A DNA stretch of 47,780 bases from a virus. The DNA is taken from IMG/VR virus record IMGVR_UViG_3300043185_000025, one strand, 5' to 3'. The notes under the pieces are model-generated. The model saw only the letters and a list, made by a program, of their open reading frames with translations. It had not been told where the DNA came from and searched no databases. The translations under genes and the position numbers were made by a program. Position 1 is the first letter of the stretch, and every line of letters begins with the position of its first letter. Shown here in pieces: positions 43,058-47,780 of this stretch.

Positions 43058-43257
43058 ACCAGCGTATAATACCAAACATTCCCCACGCGCTTACAATCTA
43101 CTTTCAGCCCGTTTTGCCTAAGCTCCGCCACGCACGATCCGACGGCAACGGTGTGGGCGCGATTGGTGATTTCCAGCGTGGAATGCGGTTTTCCATCGGA
43201 TAAAACCTTTTTCACGCGTTGCAAACGATCCGACCTATCCAGTTTGGCGGCGTTCAT
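43054..43257 (-). CDS. Winged-helix DNA-binding protein (HTH_39-like)
   Basis: RLQRVKKVLSDGKPHSTLEITNRAHTVAVGSCVAELRQNGLKVDCKRVGNVWYYTL. Confidence 0.5.
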   Translation of the reverse strand: MNAAKLDRSDRLQRVKKVLSDGKPHSTLEITNRAHTVAVGSCVAELRQNGLKVDCKRVGNVWYYTLV

Positions 43258-43580
43258 AAGTTTCCTTTTCTCCGGTTAGCGTTTTCAGACCGCCAGCACT
43301 CGATCATCAGTTCTTCAGTGTGGCGTTTGTTCTCCATGATTTCGTGTTTAAGTTGGGCATCTGCTATCTTTTCCAAGTGCTCTATGAGAGAGGAGCTGGA
43401 ATTAGCCATCGCTTTTCGTTCCTCTACTGTTCCGTTTCCTTTGGTCTTCAGGAATTCAAACGAATAAACTGTCTTCTCTTGTCGTTCCAGGCCCTTGAAA
43501 TATGATTTCTTCCTGGCATGTTCCTCGTCGGTTTCGACTAAGTAGGTTAAAGCTTTGTCGCGTCGTTCGTCGCTAATCAT
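43254..43580 (-). CDS. Hypothetical coiled-coil protein
   Basis: ATGA-coupled. Charged, helical composition. Confidence 0.5.
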   Translation of the reverse strand: MISDERRDKALTYLVETDEEHARKKSYFKGLERQEKTVYSFEFLKTKGNGTVEERKAMANSSSSLIEHLEKIADAQLKHEIMENKRHTEELMIECWRSENANRRKGNL

Positions 43581-43603
43581 GGTTTGATCTTCGAAAGTTG
43601 TTA

Positions 43604-43822
43604 CTAATACGTGTTGGTCGTAATTTCAGTCATGCCCTTTTCGGTTATCTCAAAATTTCCACGGCAGCCGCAAGGGCATCCCTTAACTACGCCCCTGTTA
43701 ATCATCTGCCGCATTTTTGCCAGAGCAAGTTTTGCGGGCAACGGCTTGGGCATGGCGTGCGTTACACTGTTTTCGTATTTATCGCCATACCAATTACAAA
43801 AAACACCCTGTCTGGCTGCCAA
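43604..43822 (-). CDS. Hypothetical small Cys-motif protein
   Basis: Contains GCPCGCRGNFEITEKG. Chosen over the plus-strand ORFs 43598..43891 and 43611..43940 on operon context. The start may be M24. Confidence 0.45.
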   Translation of the reverse strand: MAARQGVFCNWYGDKYENSVTHAMPKPLPAKLALAKMRQMINRGVVKGCPCGCRGNFEITEKGMTEITTNTY

Positions 43823-43864
43823 AAATTCAAGAATTGGTTTGTCTGGTATATTTTTGCATGCATT

Positions 43865-44566
43865 TCATTTTTCCTCCGTGCTCGCCCATAAGAAATTAAG
43901 CCTCTTATATATATTCCTAACCTTCTCAACGTCAGATTGACAGTGATTCACAACGCGGTCGTATTCGCCGCGGCAGACAGAATCCCAAACTTCCGCCCCT
44001 TTCAGTTCGTCGTCGGACGAGATGTGCAGCGCGTAACATAGCCGATCTAAGCTAATCCTCCCTCCATATCCCGCCCAGCCTATCATGGTGTCGTAGCAAT
44101 AATCGCTGATGGGTTTTGGGTCAATCGGGAAGAACGGTTTAATCCTATGTACCACGCACCGGTGAAACAAAAACCGTAAATCGAAATCGCGGATGTTGTG
44201 TCCGACCCATTTTAAAGATCGAAGGAATACGGTGTTTTTAACTCCTCTTGGTGCTCTCATTGTTGCTAGTTTCAATAACTCTTCAGAAAATTCTATTATC
44301 AAATCCGCTTCCGTTTCAGTGTCTCGTAATACACGAACCGGCGTATCCTGGAAAGCATACCCAATGCAATAAATCTGTCCCAGCGCCCCATTCATGGCGG
44401 TTTCTCTCCACTTCTCATCCGCCAATCCTGGCTTGGTTTCCTGTTCCCATTTCGTAATGGTTTCCGGTTTGGAGTAGTTCGCCGGGGGGTGAATCCCGGC
44501 GGCTAGCTCCTCCTTGATCCCCGGCTTTTGGCAGGGGATAGTTTCGATGTCTAGATAGATTTCCAT
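43865..44566 (-). CDS. 3'-5' exonuclease (DnaQ-like / PolB-exonuclease-like)
   Basis: ExoI LDIETIP, ExoII WVGHNIRDFDLRFL, ExoIII NHCQSDVEKV. Start taken at MEIYLDIET; the track start at 44593 is possible. Confidence 0.7.
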   Translation of the reverse strand: MEIYLDIETIPCQKPGIKEELAAGIHPPANYSKPETITKWEQETKPGLADEKWRETAMNGALGQIYCIGYAFQDTPVRVLRDTETEADLIIEFSEELLKLATMRAPRGVKNTVFLRSLKWVGHNIRDFDLRFLFHRCVVHRIKPFFPIDPKPISDYCYDTMIGWAGYGGRISLDRLCYALHISSDDELKGAEVWDSVCRGEYDRVVNHCQSDVEKVRNIYKRLNFLWASTEEK

Positions 44567-44648
44567 GATTATGGTCTCGCTACATTTTTGCATTTAAAAC
44601 ATTTCTTTTGCTTCATTTCAGTTGTCCTATTTATGTTAGCCCCGGACA

Positions 44649-45278
44649 TTAATAAGGGGCTACATTAAAAGGTATGTCATCGGATAATATGTTGCCCGTA
44701 ACAACGGTTATTTTCCCTGGACTCATCGAATTAATATATTCATCAGACTCCTTGATATAGCCCTGCATCTTTTCCGATAGTTCCGAAAACTTCGAAGAGT
44801 GCAAGTCTTCCTCGATCCAAAAACCAAATATGGGATTAATTTGAGCCGGACAATCGAACCCCGCCGGGATGGGATTAATGGAAGTGATGTTGGCGTATTT
44901 TCCGTCGTCCGAATGAACCACGTTAAGAAACGCAGGACGGCCTAGCAGTTTGGAGAGGTCGAACCCCCCGGCGTTGTCCAGGTCGGCCGTGACGAATTTC
45001 TTGCCGTACCAGCTTTCCAGGTCTTTCCTAAGCATCGCTTTTTCTCCGTGCGACAAGACGTATTGCTTGCGGACGGTGTAAGGTTTTTGTTCTCCTTTGT
45101 CGTTCGCTTCCATCAGTTCGTTCGGCAATTCAAAAAACACGTAGCCGAGTCTTTGTTTAGTTCCGTATTTCTTGCTAACGTGCGTCCCGCAGTCGATCAC
45201 CCGGAAACACCGGGCGACGTGCATGCCAGCCGGGGCCAGTTTAAAATCGTTGTGTTTATTTGTGGTTCGCGTTGCCAT
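44649..45278 (-). CDS. DUF669-like protein, putative ssDNA-binding protein
   Basis: LAPAGMHVARCFRVIDCGTH...QRLGYVFFELPNE matches the DUF669 pattern as I recall it. Lies next to the exonuclease. Confidence 0.5.
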   Translation of the reverse strand: MATRTTNKHNDFKLAPAGMHVARCFRVIDCGTHVSKKYGTKQRLGYVFFELPNELMEANDKGEQKPYTVRKQYVLSHGEKAMLRKDLESWYGKKFVTADLDNAGGFDLSKLLGRPAFLNVVHSDDGKYANITSINPIPAGFDCPAQINPIFGFWIEEDLHSSKFSELSEKMQGYIKESDEYINSMSPGKITVVTGNILSDDIPFNVAPY

Positions 45279-45282
45279 CGGT

Positions 45283-45414
45283 TTATCCTCGTTCGGTTTG
45301 GGTTTGTCGGTCCAGTTTGTCCAGCCATTGCTCGTATTCCTCCCTTATTTTCGGATCGCTCATGGCATGCAGGAATTCCGCGTACCAACGGCCATCGTCT
45401 AATTCAGTTTCCAT
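45283..45414 (-). CDS. Hypothetical 43-aa protein
   Basis: Below the track cutoff. GAGG RBS. It translates to METELDDGRWYAEFLHAMSDPKIREEYEQWLDKLDRQTQTERG. Its 3' end supplies the SD for the next gene. Confidence 0.4.
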   Translation of the reverse strand: METELDDGRWYAEFLHAMSDPKIREEYEQWLDKLDRQTQTERG

Positions 45415-45421
45415 AGTAACC

Positions 45422-45820
45422 TCAGTTAAAAGAATTGTTCCTGTTTAAGATAACGGTCAATTTTTTCATCACGTCTTGTTTCTGTCCTTTCATCCACCCT
45501 GTTAATTTGGCGTAACCCCCTGCGATCACGTACTTGAATCCGTCTCGGTCTGGTTCTAGTTCTTCCAGCCTGTACATGGACCAGGGCGTCCCTTTCTTGG
45601 GTCTTAGTTCCATCCCCGAGGCGGCTTTAATTTGTTCCATGGTCTCTACCGTGGCCCGACCTCCGTTAGCGAACATATGCGCGATCTTGGATTTTTCCAG
45701 GTTGTATTTGCGCGAGTATTTCTCGATAGACCCGCACTCAGATTTAATTAAAAGATGGAACGCCGCCAAATCTTCGGGGCAGAGGGGAATTGCTCTTTTA
45801 TCTGTTTGAAATACGCTCAT
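45422..45820 (-). CDS. Hypothetical protein
   Basis: ATGA-coupled to the upstream gene. 132 aa. Confidence 0.5.
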   Translation of the reverse strand: MSVFQTDKRAIPLCPEDLAAFHLLIKSECGSIEKYSRKYNLEKSKIAHMFANGGRATVETMEQIKAASGMELRPKKGTPWSMYRLEELEPDRDGFKYVIAGGYAKLTGWMKGQKQDVMKKLTVILNRNNSFN

Positions 45821-46134
45821 GGTTTCCTCTTTCTAAATTCATCTTCTACTCTCTGCTTTACATATTCCCTCACCGGTACCGGAACCCGTAACAAGCAAAA
45901 GTTTCTGGCCTCTCGGGTCTTGGCGTTTAGTACCATACGAATCAGCATATCGACCTTCATCTCGTGGTCTTTAATGTAGTCTAGGACGAAACCTTGTGCA
46001 TACTCGGGTAATTTATCTATCTCCGCCTGTCTCTGTTCCGGTGGGAACTTAAGTATTTCCGGCAAAAACTCTCTCGGCCATTTTCTGCGCGAGAAATTGG
46101 CTTTTAGCGTTTCTAATTTCTGCTTAGCATCCAT
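45817..46134 (-). CDS. Hypothetical protein
   Basis: 105 aa. Co-oriented, charged and helical. Confidence 0.5.
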   Translation of the reverse strand: MDAKQKLETLKANFSRRKWPREFLPEILKFPPEQRQAEIDKLPEYAQGFVLDYIKDHEMKVDMLIRMVLNAKTREARNFCLLRVPVPVREYVKQRVEDEFRKRKP

Positions 46135-46212
46135 TTAGTCCCACTAAAACATCTGATCTATTTGTTTTCGATAACATTTCGGTTTTATTCGACCCTAATT
46201 GCTACGGGCTTT

Positions 46213-46419
46213 TTAGGGGGTCGAATTGTAGTTAGGCGGCTGCATGTCCACGAAATCGGAAACCTTGTTTAGGGCATCCCGAAGCAATGTCACTGCGTCC
46301 GTCAGCAGTGGGTGTGCTCCGGTTGCCTCTACCGCAGACATGGCGTCATAAATCGCGGCTTCGGCTGGCTCTAAAAACTCAACCCTTCCACGCCTCGGGA
46401 ATCCATCAACCATCTTCAT
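46213..46419 (-). CDS. Hypothetical small protein
   Basis: Start refined to MKMVDG, with AGGAG 7 nt upstream. The track N-terminal extension overlaps the upstream ORF. Confidence 0.45.
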   Translation of the reverse strand: MKMVDGFPRRGRVEFLEPAEAAIYDAMSAVEATGAHPLLTDAVTLLRDALNKVSDFVDMQPPNYNSTP

Positions 46420-46603
46420 GTTTAATCTCCTGTGGGTACTTGCCGAATTTTCGTTTGTGCCATTGGTCCGCATGGTAGGCGGCCCATCCGTGGTCAGTCC
46501 CTTTTCGCAGCCATCGGCAGTAAACGTCACCCCAAGTCAAAACCCGCCTAACAACTGGCTGGAGCCGACGCCGGGGACGATGCGCTGTTTCCTGTTGCTT
46601 CAT
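46406..46603 (-). CDS. Hypothetical small basic protein
   Basis: 65 aa. Its 3' end carries the SD of the next gene. It has no strong SD of its own. Confidence 0.4.
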   Translation of the reverse strand: MKQQETAHRPRRRLQPVVRRVLTWGDVYCRWLRKGTDHGWAAYHADQWHKRKFGKYPQEIKHEDG

Positions 46604-46634
46604 TTGCGGCGCGGCTCATCCAGGGCGTTAGGCA

Positions 46635-47027
46635 TCACAAATCCACTTCTGCGCCAAGCCGCATCTGCACGAATGCCCGCATCGCGGCAACAAGCGGCGT
46701 TGAACCGTAGCCTTCTCCTTTTGCGCCCCATCCGGCATCCCGCATATAGGCAAGATCATCCCCAATGCAAGCAAACCACGGCAGCGGATTCATGCCCTCA
46801 ATGCTCGTCGCAGAGTCGTAAGACAGTTGTATCCCTTCGCGTTCTATCAGCGGCCCGCCTTGTGCCCAGTCGGATGATGGCGAATAGCAAAAACCGTAGT
46901 TCTCTGCCGTTCCCCTATCGCCAATACACCTCCCCCCTATGATATGTGCGGGCTGGCCTACCAGCTTTGCCACAACGGCATCAAGCAACGCGCCTTCTAG
47001 TTCGTCTGTCTTATGCTTCACGGCCAT
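46635..47027 (-). CDS. NinX/DUF2591-like protein
   Basis: Start refined to M67 of the track ORF, or the GTG at 47021. TDELEGALLDAVVAKLVG plus SPSSDWAQGGPLIERE is typical of DUF2591 phage proteins. Confidence 0.55.
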   Translation of the reverse strand: MAVKHKTDELEGALLDAVVAKLVGQPAHIIGGRCIGDRGTAENYGFCYSPSSDWAQGGPLIEREGIQLSYDSATSIEGMNPLPWFACIGDDLAYMRDAGWGAKGEGYGSTPLVAAMRAFVQMRLGAEVDL

Positions 47028-47112
47028 CCTCCAGTGATGCCTAACCCCTCGTTCGAGGCGAGGCCCAACATCAAAATGCCAGGCCCGCAAAGTGGGCTGG
47101 CGCATTTTCCAC

Positions 47113-47364
47113 CTAGCGGGCCTGGCATTTCGCTGCCGGGCCCGCCTCAACTCCAACGTTATACGGCGGTCGTGAAGTATCGAGGAACAATTCTTGTCCT
47201 GTCTCGAAACTGTAGATACCGCCATTCCAATCTCCGCCGTGCTCGTTAACCCGGCAGAAACAAAACTTGTCGGTTCTCAAATGGTAGTTTTGGCATGGTC
47301 CACGCTTGTAGAGCGGCGTCTTAAACAAAAGCCTTTTCCACCAAGGAGCAAAACTGCTTGCCAT
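47113..47364 (-). CDS. Hypothetical protein
   Basis: GGAGG lies 6 nt upstream of the ATG. Preceded by hairpin element copy B. Confidence 0.5.
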   Translation of the reverse strand: MASSFAPWWKRLLFKTPLYKRGPCQNYHLRTDKFCFCRVNEHGGDWNGGIYSFETGQELFLDTSRPPYNVGVEAGPAAKCQAR

Positions 47365-47385
47365 ACAAACCTCCGTATAACTCTC

Positions 47386-47428
47386 CGCTCAACTGGACGG
47401 GCCTGACGGCCCGCCAGTTAGCTTGCCG
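47386..47428 (-). promoter_or_regulatory. 43-bp intergenic hairpin element, copy B
   Basis: Exact match to 85..127. Lies 8 nt after the stop of 47436..47705 and 22 nt before the ATG at 47364. Confidence 0.6.
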
Positions 47429-47435
47429 TTGGGCG

Positions 47436-47705
47436 TCAATACCGACCGCCATCTTTAAGATCATCAACTGGGTTTATCTTTTGCAGCTTCGTTACTGCTG
47501 CCTGGTCCAGAGCCCTATCCAGCGCCGCGTATGCTTTCCCCGCAGCATCCAAGTCCCAGCAGCCTCGGCCCGGCGCGTTGTCGTTCCAGTGGTGAACCTT
47601 CAAAAACTTCTTTGCCTGCATCGCGGCCTCAATAAGCGCGTTCAGGTCTCGCGCTTCTTTCTCTCCGGGTCGGTCAAATCCAAACAGTTCTTTGTATCCG
47701 CTCAT
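47436..47705 (-). CDS. Hypothetical protein
   Basis: GAAGGAGG RBS. 89 aa. Its start and RBS fall inside the terminal repeat. Confidence 0.55.
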   Translation of the reverse strand: MSGYKELFGFDRPGEKEARDLNALIEAAMQAKKFLKVHHWNDNAPGRGCWDLDAAGKAYAALDRALDQAAVTKLQKINPVDDLKDGGRY

Positions 47706-47780
47706 TTCCTTCCTCCTTCATGCAACGCCCAACAACACGCTCAACTGGACGGGCCTGACGGCCCGCCAGTTAGCTTGCCG
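47654..47780. repeat. Terminal direct repeat, right copy (identical to 1..127)
   Basis: Direct comparison of both ends of the window. Confidence 0.9.

Noticed and set aside
46635-47225. 196-aa version of the NinX-like ORF
   Set aside because: The upstream 66 residues are Arg-rich and overlap gene 47113..47364. Family members start near the TDELEGALLD motif.
1-47780. CRISPR arrays, a diversity-generating retroelement, an integrase with attP, or tRNA genes
   Set aside because: There are no regularly spaced direct repeats with unique spacers. No reverse-transcriptase-like ORF or TR/VR pair accompanies the fibre repeats. No recombinase motifs were seen in any ORF and no cloverleaf-forming segment was found by eye.

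Overview
The window is a complete, circularly closed phage genome. Its first 127 bp are identical to its last 127 bp, leaving about 47,653 bp of unique sequence. Almost everything is transcribed on the minus strand in tightly coupled operons with ATGA, TAATG, GTGA and TTGA start/stop overlaps. The morphogenesis genes follow T7-type podovirus order: terminase large subunit, gp8-like portal, scaffold, major capsid, tubular proteins A and B, internal virion proteins including a 2595-aa giant, then tail fibres. A lysis cassette follows, with holin, GH19 endolysin, membrane proteins and overlapped Rz/Rz1 spanins. Spanins, lipoboxes and a beta-barrel outer-membrane protein indicate a Gram-negative host. 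I could not find a DNA polymerase, RNA polymerase, primase/helicase or integrase. Replication and control functions consist of an HTH initiator-like gene carrying GGTACC iterons, a cI-like HTH gene with divergent promoters, a DnaQ/PolB-exo-like exonuclease, a DUF669-like ssDNA-binding candidate and two small nucleases. The main accessory feature is a nine-gene island at about 36.5-42.2 kb. It encodes most of a pseudaminic-acid-type nonulosonic acid pathway: a PseB-like dehydratase, a truncated DegT-like piece, a methylase, a PseA-like amidotransferase, a HisF-like barrel, a GNAT and a PseI/NeuB synthase. The cytidylyltransferase, hydrolase and glutaminase steps are absent. A Rossmann-type gene flanked by Ser/Thr-rich small proteins sits between the small-terminase-like and large-terminase genes and may be the transferase and its targets, but this is inference. 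Other notable items are repeated intergenic elements (a 43-bp hairpin and a 15-bp promoter-like motif), an AT-rich switch region with an opposite-strand lipoprotein, secreted and outer-membrane morons, a phage cold-shock protein and several coupled micro-ORFs below the ORF-track cutoff. All family assignments come from motif recognition by eye and need profile searches.
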